The notes: generated from the sequence alone by a model not told the origin. Positions 55,531 to 63,187 are shown, counted from the stretch's first letter. The stretch is DNA of 64,000 bases from Elusimicrobia bacterium CG1_02_56_21 (GCA_001871115.1 MNUR01000046.1:13299-77298); one strand, 5' to 3'. Numbers and translations: made by a program.

Positions 55531-55546
55531 TAAGTATTGTGTCACC
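55531..55546 (-). repeat. 16-nt junction motif, copy A (minus-sense GGTGACACAATACTTA)
   Basis: Abuts the stop codon of the truncated scramblase fragment. Other copies are at 60742-60757 and 63759-63774. Confidence 0.7.
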
Positions 55547-55726
55547 TTATTTACCCTTGAGGAACAAGCGCGCCAGGGTGGAGCCTTCTTCGGCGGCCCA
55601 GTACAGCTGCCGCTCCGAGGTATCCAGTACCGCATATTTGTTCTTCGTTTCGAAGCCGGTCAGGATCTCCCCCCATTCCTTCTTCTGCCGCACTATAACC
55701 GCTTCCGCCGTTTTCAGTTTTTCCAT
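55547..55726 (-). pseudogene. N-terminal fragment (59 aa) of a second scramblase-family gene
   Basis: My translation is MEKLKTAEAVIVRQKKEWGEILTGFETKNKYAVLDTSERQLYWAAEEGSTLARLFLKGK*. It aligns colinearly with residues 2-58 of 24508..25098 and then stops. Confidence 0.75.
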
Positions 55727-55855
55727 ATTTTATCCGACCCGGTGGATACAGGTGACGCTGCTTACCATCTTCCTATCTTGAGAACAGTACTGAATGAAGT
55801 GATACTTAGGAAGTCAGGAAACAGCGTCCCCCATGTCTCCCTTCTAACTGTCTCC

Positions 55856-56140
55856 CTATTTGTGGGATACGGAAGAAGTATGCGCGCGGCGCAGAAGCAC
55901 TTCATTAATGAACGTCTGGTAGCCGATACCGCGATGTTTGGCCTGTGCATGCGCCCATGCCAACGCTACGGGATGGATACGGATATGAACATCCCGGTAT
56001 TTAGCGGCGCCTTTTGGCGGGCGGCCCCTGGCGGGGCGTTTCACATGCAGGGTCCTCTCGATAGCTTTTTTAAAAGCCAGCGTTTCCTGCGGCGTGACCC
56101 GGCGCGCTTTTGAGAAATAAAATTCCTTTACTTTCTTCAT
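55856..56140 (-). CDS. brnA: BrnA-type antitoxin (RHH/CopG-like C-terminus)
   Basis: 94 aa. 'VHIRIHPVALAWAHAQAKHRGIGYQTFINEVLL' matches the BrnA pattern. Lies downstream of brnT. Confidence 0.7.
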   Translation of the reverse strand: MKKVKEFYFSKARRVTPQETLAFKKAIERTLHVKRPARGRPPKGAAKYRDVHIRIHPVALAWAHAQAKHRGIGYQTFINEVLLRRAHTSSVSHK

Positions 56141-56420
56141 ACTTCTTCCTTTCGCGACGATTCGCGCGCCGCGCGCTGACGATCCTTATATTTCCCTTCG
56201 GCGGACGTATCGTAAACACAATGACCACAACTCTTTCCCCAGAGTCACCGATCAGCCATTGCCTGTGCTCTGCAGCGGAATGCCTCTCATCGTCCATTAT
56301 CAAAGCGTAAGGGTCGTCAAAAGCAAATACCGCCATTTCGAAACTGATACCGTGCTTAAGGGGGTTTCGTTCCGCTTTTTCGTCATCCCATTCGAACTTC
56401 GTATTTATAGTGTACACCAC
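56070..56420 (-). CDS. brnT: BrnT-type toxin (DUF497 ribonuclease)
   Basis: 116 aa (GTG start). 'FEWDDEKAERNPLKHGISFEMAVFAFDDP...IRIVSARRANRRERKKYEE'. Confidence 0.8.
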   Translation of the reverse strand: MVYTINTKFEWDDEKAERNPLKHGISFEMAVFAFDDPYALIMDDERHSAAEHRQWLIGDSGERVVVIVFTIRPPKGNIRIVSARRANRRERKKYEESKGILFLKSAPGHAAGNAGF

Positions 56421-56472
56421 AAATCAGGCATAGTCAAGGCCGCCTTTAACCCCCCTATTTTCCCCCAAAGAA

Positions 56473-56498
56473 GGTCAAAAGCAAAGACCTGCCCCCCC
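56473..56498. repeat. 24-nt motif GGTCAAAAGCAAAGACCTGCCCCC, copy a
   Basis: Inverted-repeat core AGGTC-N9-GACCT followed by a C-run. Lies about 55 nt upstream of brnT. Confidence 0.7.
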
Positions 56499-56504
56499 TC
56501 CTTC

Positions 56505-56789
56505 CTACTTCTTTTCCCCTATAGGGAGATTAAATGCTTCCGATAATAGACGTTTCCCTACAGCTGGCCGGCGAGGTTTCCATAGCTTATGGTCAACCTC
56601 TCTCTTAGTGTGGTATAAGTGATGATTGCCCGTCAATATCATCAAGCTCCGGAGTTGTTTTAATGGAGCTTCGCCATGCTGCTCTTTTATCTCTTCCAGA
56701 GTGTTATCGGCAGTTACCGGCCATTGACGCCCGAGATATTGTCCCTTGAACATGGCTATCAGTGCGTCATACACTTCATCATCACTCAT
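56505..56789 (-). CDS. Small hypothetical protein
   Basis: Start at 'MSDDEVYDALIAMFKG' (SD GGTGGAG). The track's longer start reads through repeat copy b. Confidence 0.45.
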   Translation of the reverse strand: MSDDEVYDALIAMFKGQYLGRQWPVTADNTLEEIKEQHGEAPLKQLRSLMILTGNHHLYHTKREVDHKLWKPRRPAVGKRLLSEAFNLPIGEKK

Positions 56790-56824
56790 ACAAAATCCAC
56801 TCCACCTTTTCCTCGGACTTGATA

Positions 56825-56848
56825 GGTCAAAAGTAAAGACCTGCCCCC
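56825..56848. repeat. 24-nt motif GGTCAAAAGTAAAGACCTGCCCCC, copy b
   Basis: About 36 nt upstream of ATG 56789 and just downstream of the GNAT gene stop (56861). Confidence 0.7.
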
Positions 56849-56860
56849 ATCCCCGCCGCA

Positions 56861-57487
56861 CTATCCCCTAGGCGCTCTTTCATCCAGGTGGGACGCCTCA
56901 CCGAACATTTTATAGAACGCTTCTCGCCTGTCCCTCGGCAGTATCTTTATTAGTTTCACAAGTGCTCCCCAGTTTTCGGTCATCTCGAAACCGGAGATAT
57001 CAAAACCTTGTTTGAGTTTAAGTATTAGGATTCTTCGGTTCGTTGGCTTATGATGACTTGAGATACGCTCATACCCAAGCTCTCTCAAATAGCGCATGAA
57101 AGTTTCAGAGAATGCAGTGAACAGCCCCCGATTCTGGTATTCCGGGAGGATTCCGCTATTCCACATATAAAATGTCTGATGATCTTCCGCTTCGCCCATA
57201 TGCCAGCCAATAGGTTGCCCTTTCGGATTTAAAAACAAAAACCACTCATGATGAATAACCGAGTAGAGTTTTCGCAGCGGCGCCATCTGCTGCCGGCGCT
57301 CTGGGGAAACCCTGAAACATAAGCAGTCATCCCCGGGCGGGAAGACTTTATTGTACGCCTTGCCGAGAAAGTCATAAACCTCTTTCGCGTCAGAAGGCCT
57401 TATGCAAAACCCCTCTTTTGTCTTCAAAGGAAAATATTTAGTCCTGATCCCGCTAATATTTAGTTTCTTGGCAATTGTTTTGTTCAT
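56861..57487 (-). CDS. GNAT-like N-acetyltransferase
   Basis: Start at 'MNKTIAKKLN' (SD GGAGA). 'PEYQNRGLFTAFSETFMRYLRELGYERI'. The track's longer start runs into the MITE. Confidence 0.6.
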   Translation of the reverse strand: MNKTIAKKLNISGIRTKYFPLKTKEGFCIRPSDAKEVYDFLGKAYNKVFPPGDDCLCFRVSPERRQQMAPLRKLYSVIHHEWFLFLNPKGQPIGWHMGEAEDHQTFYMWNSGILPEYQNRGLFTAFSETFMRYLRELGYERISSHHKPTNRRILILKLKQGFDISGFEMTENWGALVKLIKILPRDRREAFYKMFGEASHLDERAPRG

Positions 57488-57510
57488 AATTCTCCATTTA
57501 CTAATCCCTA

Positions 57511-57674
57511 GGAGCCTGTCCGACATAAGGCTTTCATGGCGAAATTGACGATTTAAAGCCGAGCCGAAGCGCCGCGAAACGAGCACCCTCGACGGAGGTT
57601 GTAAGTTGAGCGGCGCAAAGGCGCAGGCAAAAAGCGGCAATTGCAGACGAAATTGCTTATGTCGGACAGGCTCC
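57511..57674 (-). mobile_element. MITE-like element, copy 3 (inverted relative to copies 1 and 2, more diverged)
   Basis: GGAGCCTGTCCGACATAAGG...CTTATGTCGGACAGGCTCC. The internal sequence aligns to the reverse complement of copy 1. Confidence 0.85.
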
Positions 57675-57753
57675 AAGCATACGGGGTATCGGGAGTAGCC
57701 CGACTTATCGAGTTATCATACAGCGTCCTCTATCCCTCCTGGCACCCTTTTCC

Positions 57754-58506
57754 CTATTCCTCTACAACTACGATATTCCACATCCCAGGATTAGGGTTCT
57801 TAATAAGAACCGCGCTTTGTCCGCGCCAGAGAATTGTGGATTTTATATTTGCCAGCTTCTTGAAGCGCTCAAGGCTTTTACATTTAATTACTACAGCGGC
57901 GACCTTGGTTGACCGGCCTGATTCTATGAAGAGCCGTATCCCTCCTAAACTAACGTCTTTCCCATTAAGACTCTTGCCAAAGACTTTTTCAAGTTTCGGC
58001 CCGTCAGAACCTCTCACGATAAGCTCTAAACCGGCGATAGTATGCGCCGTGTTCGGGTGAGGCGGAGGCGTCACGCGTTTTTTCGTGGGATGGGGCTCGT
58101 ATTCGGTGAACCACAGGTAGATGTTCTTAAATTTGGGGCTTAAAAATGTCAGAAAGTTCCAGCCGGGAAGAGCGCTTTTGCTGTCTTTCTTCCAGGCGTA
58201 GTTCTTATGGATGTACTTGGCCTTTATGTCCTTCCGGGCTTTGAGGGCCCCGAAGTACCGCTTAAGCGGCCCTGTGTACCGCAGTGAAACGCCGGGCTTA
58301 TCGATGGGTTCCCCGCCCTTTCCTACCCGGACAAATTCCAGGTAAACGCGCCCGGAACCGTGCTTGAACATTATGAAGCGGCAGAATTGCTTTCCCGGAT
58401 GCTCGACCTCGTTTTCTGACAAAACGAAACCGGATTTCCCCAGGGCCTTGAAAAACCCGTGCCCGGCATCTTCCGTATAGCTATGATCGAAGTTTATGGA
58501 TTTCAT
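57754..58506 (-). CDS. Glyoxalase-like-domain (VOC superfamily) protein
   Basis: 250 aa. 'INFDHSYTEDAGHGFFKALGKSGF...VYLEFVRV' and 'HPNTAHTIAGLELIV' resemble the PF13468-type layout. Confidence 0.45.
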   Translation of the reverse strand: MKSINFDHSYTEDAGHGFFKALGKSGFVLSENEVEHPGKQFCRFIMFKHGSGRVYLEFVRVGKGGEPIDKPGVSLRYTGPLKRYFGALKARKDIKAKYIHKNYAWKKDSKSALPGWNFLTFLSPKFKNIYLWFTEYEPHPTKKRVTPPPHPNTAHTIAGLELIVRGSDGPKLEKVFGKSLNGKDVSLGGIRLFIESGRSTKVAAVVIKCKSLERFKKLANIKSTILWRGQSAVLIKNPNPGMWNIVVVEE

Positions 58507-58555
58507 AATTTCAGTTCGTATAAAGACGCCCTGCGGCCTTTTCCACTGCGGCCAT

Positions 58556-59242
58556 TCAGGCCATTCTGGCTACAGTAACGTACTTCGGGGTAAAACCGCG
58601 CGCACGGGCGAGTTTCTGATTGGCCGGCATGAAGGACCTGGTCTTGAATTCTACCGGCAGCCTCGATTTTTTCCACAGGCCCCAGAAGTGCTCGCTCTCT
58701 GCCACGATTTCGCTTTTAGATAAGTCCGGGGCGGCCCAACCCCACAATATCCAGTCGCAGTTCTCGCCAAGATAGTTCTTGCGCTTTACTATAGCTGAAA
58801 GGGTAACAGGCTTCCCGTCCTTGAAAAGGGACGCATGCCTGGCTTTTTTCATAAGCCCGACCGCGATGCGGAGCTCTTTTTTGAACGCAGGCCCGAGCTT
58901 CTTATACTTCTTTACGATCTCATTGGAACCTTTAAAGAAAAGTTTCAGCATTTTAACCTGCGGCAGACTGCCGGGGGCCAAGGTTTCCGGCAGCGCCACT
59001 TTCTTAACCTTTATCTGCGATGGCTTAGCGGAATAGATAATCGCCACATTATGTTTTGGCTGCAGTGATTTGCTCACATGCCACTCGTTCTTTATCGGCT
59101 CGTCGAATGTAAAGACCGCGTGGCTAGCCCCGGCAGGCCAATCCTTGTGCATACGGCTGAGTACCTTATTGTCCAGGTCTTTGAAATTTTTAAGCTTGTA
59201 CTGCTCGAAAGTCCCTATCCGCTTCAGTTTTGTTGGTTCCAT
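58556..59242 (-). CDS. Member 2 of the ~230-aa paralog family
   Basis: 228 aa. 'ASLFKDGKPVTLSAIV...WILWGW...LSKSEIV...NQKLARARGFTPKYVTVARM'. Confidence 0.6.
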   Translation of the reverse strand: MEPTKLKRIGTFEQYKLKNFKDLDNKVLSRMHKDWPAGASHAVFTFDEPIKNEWHVSKSLQPKHNVAIIYSAKPSQIKVKKVALPETLAPGSLPQVKMLKLFFKGSNEIVKKYKKLGPAFKKELRIAVGLMKKARHASLFKDGKPVTLSAIVKRKNYLGENCDWILWGWAAPDLSKSEIVAESEHFWGLWKKSRLPVEFKTRSFMPANQKLARARGFTPKYVTVARMA

Positions 59243-59275
59243 TTATACGCCCCCTATGATGACCAATATATTCAT

Positions 59276-59284
59276 ATAGTAGCA
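59276..59284 (-). promoter_or_regulatory. Extended -10 TGCTACTAT
   Basis: Minus-sense GGTTTTGTTTGCTACTATATG, about 34 nt upstream of ATG 59242. Confidence 0.4.
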
Positions 59285-59310
59285 AACAAAACCGCCGGGC
59301 TTCCCCGGCC
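59284..59310 (-). terminator. GC-hairpin family copy H9
   Basis: CCGCCGGG-CTTC-CCCGGCC plus TTTTGTTTG in minus sense. Confidence 0.65.
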
Positions 59311-59355
59311 GTCTCAAATGACCTATAAATAATTACAATTTAGTATTCAACGTCC

Positions 59356-59922
59356 CTATCTCCCTGCTTTCTCTGGCTCCATCCAGTTAACCGTGCGGTA
59401 ACCGGATATATCCAGTTCGCCTTTTAGCAGCACATGGGGGGCAAAACCCCATATCAAGGGAATTGTCTTATCGGCGAAACATTCTCTATAGTAGGCCAGG
59501 TTGCGTTCCGGCATGCCTGACAGTTCTAGCACACGTTCTTCCCTGACAGGTTCAAAATCCGACTCCGGAAAAATACGGGAGCTCCGGTTTTTACGAGTAT
59601 TTTTATAAATAATAGACGGGAACGCAAGAACATCCGCGACAGGCACCTCGAACCACTCGCGCGAGTACTTGTGATGTTCAAAGCCGATAGCTGAAAGCGT
59701 TTCGCAGATCAAAAAAGGATGCATCAAGGAAAAATGGATCACATCGTTCCATAAAGCGTTCAGTATAGGGACCTTCGCATCCAACAACCATTCCCGGCCC
59801 TCATATTTCTTGACAGCCCCTGCATAGACCTCTGGGAGCCGCCCCCTAAGCGTATTAAGCGGATAAAGCCTGTCCCCGGCAAAATCAGGCCTTTTAGCGT
59901 GATAAACATATGTCTTCGGCAT
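59356..59922 (-). CDS. Conserved-looking hypothetical protein (188 aa)
   Basis: 'YHAKRPDFAGDRLYPLNTLRGRLPEVYAGAVKKYEGREWLL...PILNALWNDVIHFSLMHP'. I cannot name a family. Confidence 0.5.
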   Translation of the reverse strand: MPKTYVYHAKRPDFAGDRLYPLNTLRGRLPEVYAGAVKKYEGREWLLDAKVPILNALWNDVIHFSLMHPFLICETLSAIGFEHHKYSREWFEVPVADVLAFPSIIYKNTRKNRSSRIFPESDFEPVREERVLELSGMPERNLAYYRECFADKTIPLIWGFAPHVLLKGELDISGYRTVNWMEPEKAGR

Positions 59923-59929
59923 CCCCCTT

Positions 59930-59938
59930 ATTCTACCA
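59930..59938 (-). promoter_or_regulatory. Extended -10 TGGTAGAAT, 7 nt upstream of ATG 59922
   Basis: Minus-sense GGTTTTGTTTTGGTAGAATAAGGGGGATG. Confidence 0.45.
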
Positions 59939-59966
59939 AAACAAAACCGGCGGGATTCCCCGGCGG
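59938..59966 (-). terminator. GC-hairpin family copy H10
   Basis: CCGGCGGG-ATTC-CCCGGCGG plus TTTTGTTTTGG in minus sense, 21 nt after the 59987 gene stop. Confidence 0.7.
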
Positions 59967-59986
59967 CTCGGCTCTGTTCTGGGAAG

Positions 59987-60694
59987 TTACGCGCCTATCC
60001 GTTCAAACAGCACCCGGTCAGTCTGGAAATCCATATCAGCAAAGAACCGGTGGTAGGCGTCCATCTTGGCTGAGTTGAACAGGGCCACCCGGTGCTTGCC
60101 TGAATTTTTCAGCCATACAGCTTCCTGATATTTGATGCTCCGCCGTTCTGCCGGTGTAAGCCCTTCAAGCTTGGGATGCCAAGACATGTAATTGTCCGTA
60201 AAGCCGTACATGTTCTTCCGCGTGAAATATGCACCATGCGTAAGGAACTTGCCTTTTTTGAAAAAGAGCAGCGCTTTTGCCTTTGGCAGGAACTTCTTCA
60301 CGTAAGGCTCAAGGTCATGCCTTGCGCTGTAACCGGCTTTTTTGCCTTCCTGTTTTATAAGTTTCCTATGTTCCAGGCGGGTATAGCGGACAAGCTCGGC
60401 CAGGTTTTTAGGCAGGCGAGAGGTGATGCCTGCCGCCGCCGGTTCAGGCGGAAGTTTCACCCCGGACTCCGGTGAAAAGCAGTAGAACATCTGATGGTAT
60501 TTAGGGGACACCTTGAAGCGCAGCGGCTTCAGGGACTTCAGCGGAACCTGTTTAAAAATAAACCCGCAGTAAGGCTTATCTTCCGGCAGGTCCAATGAGT
60601 CCAGAAGCGTCTGGTCTATAGCAGAACGGTCCCCGACCTTGTAGGTATTCCCCCTCGGATCTTTCCTGTAAAGACTAATTTTTATTTTTCCCAT
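59987..60694 (-). CDS. Member 3 of the ~230-aa paralog family
   Basis: 235 aa. 'RLPKNLAELVRYTRLEHRKLIKQEGKKAG...ALLFFKKGKFLTHGAYF...LTPAERRS...YHRFFADMDFQTDRVLFERI'. Confidence 0.6.
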   Translation of the reverse strand: MGKIKISLYRKDPRGNTYKVGDRSAIDQTLLDSLDLPEDKPYCGFIFKQVPLKSLKPLRFKVSPKYHQMFYCFSPESGVKLPPEPAAAGITSRLPKNLAELVRYTRLEHRKLIKQEGKKAGYSARHDLEPYVKKFLPKAKALLFFKKGKFLTHGAYFTRKNMYGFTDNYMSWHPKLEGLTPAERRSIKYQEAVWLKNSGKHRVALFNSAKMDAYHRFFADMDFQTDRVLFERIGA

Positions 60695-60741
60695 ATCCTC
60701 ATTCTCCTAAATAACCCGGAACTCCCGGCCAGCGCCGCAAT

Positions 60742-60757
60742 TAAGTATTGTGTCCCC
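60742..60757 (-). repeat. 16-nt junction motif, copy B (minus-sense GGGGACACAATACTTA)
   Basis: Lies 8 nt after the stop of 60766..61452 and about 48 nt before ATG 60694. Confidence 0.65.
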
Positions 60758-60765
60758 GGATCCCT

Positions 60766-61452
60766 TCACATGCGCACTATGCGGATACGGTCAACTTTGA
60801 AGCCGAGGCCCGCAAAGAACCTGACCGACGCCTTATCGAAATGATCCAGGCCCACTACCAGCCGGCCCTTGGAGGCCGAGTTCATCCAGGAAGAAGCCTG
60901 ATGCCAAACGCTGCGCACTTCAGCGGGGGAAAGACGCACGAAAGGACAATGCCAGGCGACGACATCGACCACCTCGCCTTTCTCCTTGTACTTAAACAAT
61001 GAATAGAGCGCAACCGGCTTGCCCTTCTTGAACATTATCAGGGACCTTGTCTTTGGCAGGTACTTCGTTTCATATTTCTTTGCTTCGGTCAGGAAGAAGC
61101 CTCCCGCTTTAGCACCCCACTCCTTCAGGTAAGCCCGGTGCGCCAGCCGGTTAACCCGCTTTAATTCCGCGAAATTCCTGGGCGGGCGGGACTCTATCCC
61201 CGCGGCGGGAGCCGCTTTGCCGGAGTACCCGAGTTTTTTCCCGGTAGCGCTGGCGCCCAGGCGCAGCAGGCAGCCGGCAGGTATCTTTGCCGGGGGAAAC
61301 TTGGCGAGCTTCAGCGTCTTCTTGAACTCAAAGCGGACGCTGGGCACCTCCTCCGACCAGCCATAGGCCGTCAGTAAAGCCTTATCTATGACCCGTGGAA
61401 CCGCTATCTTATGTATCTTCCCCATATTCTTAAACGCGCTGGTTTTTTTCAT
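60766..61452 (-). CDS. Member 4 of the ~230-aa paralog family
   Basis: 228 aa. 'RPPRNFAELKRVNRLAHRAYLKEWGAKAG...SLIMFKKGKPVALYSLF...LSPAEVRS...VRFFAGLGFKVDRIRIVRM'. Confidence 0.6.
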   Translation of the reverse strand: MKKTSAFKNMGKIHKIAVPRVIDKALLTAYGWSEEVPSVRFEFKKTLKLAKFPPAKIPAGCLLRLGASATGKKLGYSGKAAPAAGIESRPPRNFAELKRVNRLAHRAYLKEWGAKAGGFFLTEAKKYETKYLPKTRSLIMFKKGKPVALYSLFKYKEKGEVVDVVAWHCPFVRLSPAEVRSVWHQASSWMNSASKGRLVVGLDHFDKASVRFFAGLGFKVDRIRIVRM

Positions 61453-61480
61453 ACTGTTCCCCTTAAACTCGCCTTCTGCT

Positions 61481-62320
61481 CTATTTAGCCGCCCAGCCCA
61501 GGCCGGCGGTTTTCAGCATGCGCAGTTGCTTCGGCGTATCCCGCAGCATCCTGCCGGCGCGGTAATGCAGACCGAATATGATCTGCGGCGCATTGAAATT
61601 GCCGCGGGCCTTTACATCCTTTAAACATCTCTCGGCAAAGCCAGCATTATGCGCCACCCTGCAGGAGTCGGCCAATATTTTAAGGTCTTTTGCTTTTATC
61701 TCCTCCGTAACGCCCTCATACCGCTTACGGAAAGCGGCCAGTAGTTCCTTGTCCGATGCGTCCCGGTAAACTTCGCTATGCGCCAGCAGGGCGGCCGGCA
61801 GCTTCTTGCGCCGGGGAGGCTTGATCTTGGGATAGCCGACGGCCAGAGAGACCGCCGGAACTACTCCTTTAGGGAGTCTGCACATGCGCCGTATTTGCGC
61901 CATGCTGTCGAAGACCGGTCCTATATAGACCGACCCCAGCCCAAGCGCGTCCGCCGCCACGCACATATTCTGCGCGCAGATAATGGTATCCTGAAAAGCT
62001 ATCCAGAAGGGCCGCAGGGACCGGTCGGCGGAATAAGGCGCGTTTTCCATGCGTGCCCACCGCTTATGCCGGTGCAGGTCAACGCAGAACACAAAATGCA
62101 GCGGGACTTTAGCCAAAAAAGGCTGCCAGCAGAACTTTGCCAGCTTCTTTATCGCAGCCGGCTTCTCTATCTTTATTATCGAATACGGCTGGAGGTTGCC
62201 GCCTGTAGGAGCATGGATCCCCGCCTCAACAAGTTGCGCTACCACAGCAGGCGGAACCTTTTTGTCTTTAAAAACCCTGCAACTGGCCCGGTCCGTCAAA
62301 AGCTTCAAAGTAGCGTTCAT
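61481..62320 (-). CDS. Nitroreductase family protein
   Basis: 279 aa. 'RASCRVFKDKKVPPAVVAQLVEAGIHAPTGGNLQPYSII'. Confidence 0.8.
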   Translation of the reverse strand: MNATLKLLTDRASCRVFKDKKVPPAVVAQLVEAGIHAPTGGNLQPYSIIKIEKPAAIKKLAKFCWQPFLAKVPLHFVFCVDLHRHKRWARMENAPYSADRSLRPFWIAFQDTIICAQNMCVAADALGLGSVYIGPVFDSMAQIRRMCRLPKGVVPAVSLAVGYPKIKPPRRKKLPAALLAHSEVYRDASDKELLAAFRKRYEGVTEEIKAKDLKILADSCRVAHNAGFAERCLKDVKARGNFNAPQIIFGLHYRAGRMLRDTPKQLRMLKTAGLGWAAK

Positions 62321-62344
62321 GCTTTCTCCCTTAATGCTCCCTCA

Positions 62345-62353
62345 ATTCTACCA
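62345..62353 (-). promoter_or_regulatory. Extended -10 TGGTAGAAT
   Basis: Minus-sense GGTTCTTTTTGGTAGAATTGAGGGAG, 25 nt upstream of ATG 62320 (SD AAGGGAGA). Confidence 0.45.
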
Positions 62354-62380
62354 AAAAGAACCGCCGGGCTTCCCCGGCGG
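62353..62380 (-). terminator. GC-hairpin family copy H11
   Basis: CCGCCGGG-CTTC-CCCGGCGG plus TTCTTTTTGG in minus sense. Confidence 0.65.
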
Positions 62381-62446
62381 TGTTAATGACCGTCAACAAT
62401 CAGTCATTTTGCGATCAGCTACCTATATCTCCTCGCATCTGCCCTC

Positions 62447-63091
62447 TTACCGCGCGGCACCGGAGGCTTCGGCCCAGATTCCCTGTATGCCTTCTGGGAA
62501 ATTGCGGCGCAATCCCTCCATCTCGCCCGGCGAGACATGGCAATCTAGGACCTTGATGATCCCCCGCGTGACGCGCATGGGCTCCATACCTTTAGGCAGC
62601 TCCACAGCCACCCGGTCGAGGAACTCTTCAAGAGTGTGCATTCTCTCCGGCTTGTTCTTCGGCGTCCAGCCCGAATAGTACATCCCCATCATCAGCACCG
62701 GCAGCTGCGCCGCGAACTCCGCCGCCTCGTTGACCGGCAGCCTGTCCCGCATCGCGTGCAGCACGGCCCTCATGGCCCTGTATGCGTCGTTGAGGTTATT
62801 AAGCTGCAGCTCCGTTTCAACGCCTTTAAGCCATTCCCTGGTCTTAGCCATGGCATGGTCGTACATATGGGCGTTCGAGGACTCTGTAATGGTGTTGGGC
62901 CACTCCCTCGTTATCCGCTCAGCCTCCTGCCAGTCACCCTGTGACGTACCCGGCTTGGCGCCCCTTTTCATATAAATATCCCGCGCTACCTGCCTGGTGG
63001 CCTCATCAAGGTCCCCGCTGCGCAGATAGTCTGCGTAAGCCTGCGTGTAACAATGCCTGGCCGTGGTACTTATCTTCATATTTTTATTCAT
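62447..63091 (-). CDS. DUF2934-like N-terminus plus DUF2267 domain protein
   Basis: Start at 'MNKNMKIS' (SD GGGGGG). 'RDIYMKRGAKPGTSQGDWQEAE' and 'LPVNEAAEFAAQLPVLMMGMYYSGWTPKNKPERMHTLEEFLDRVA'. Confidence 0.7.
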   Translation of the reverse strand: MNKNMKISTTARHCYTQAYADYLRSGDLDEATRQVARDIYMKRGAKPGTSQGDWQEAERITREWPNTITESSNAHMYDHAMAKTREWLKGVETELQLNNLNDAYRAMRAVLHAMRDRLPVNEAAEFAAQLPVLMMGMYYSGWTPKNKPERMHTLEEFLDRVAVELPKGMEPMRVTRGIIKVLDCHVSPGEMEGLRRNFPEGIQGIWAEASGAAR

Positions 63092-63187
63092 TTCCCCCCC
63101 TTTTTTAATACAGCGGGGCCCGCGCCTTAACAAAGCGGTTCCGCTGCCTAACTGCGTATCCGGAATATCGCCGCCACCCACACGGTC

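Noticed and set aside
55531-55546. Reading the 16-nt junction motif (GGTGACACAATACTTA) as a sigma-54 promoter
   Set aside because: It only loosely resembles TGGCAC-N5-TTGCW: the GG and GC dinucleotides are not at the required positions, and no bEBP is nearby.
56861-57676. Long N-terminal extension of the GNAT-like ORF (271 aa in the track)
   Set aside because: The first ~63 codons are translation of MITE copy 3. An ATG with an SD at 57487 gives a sensible start.
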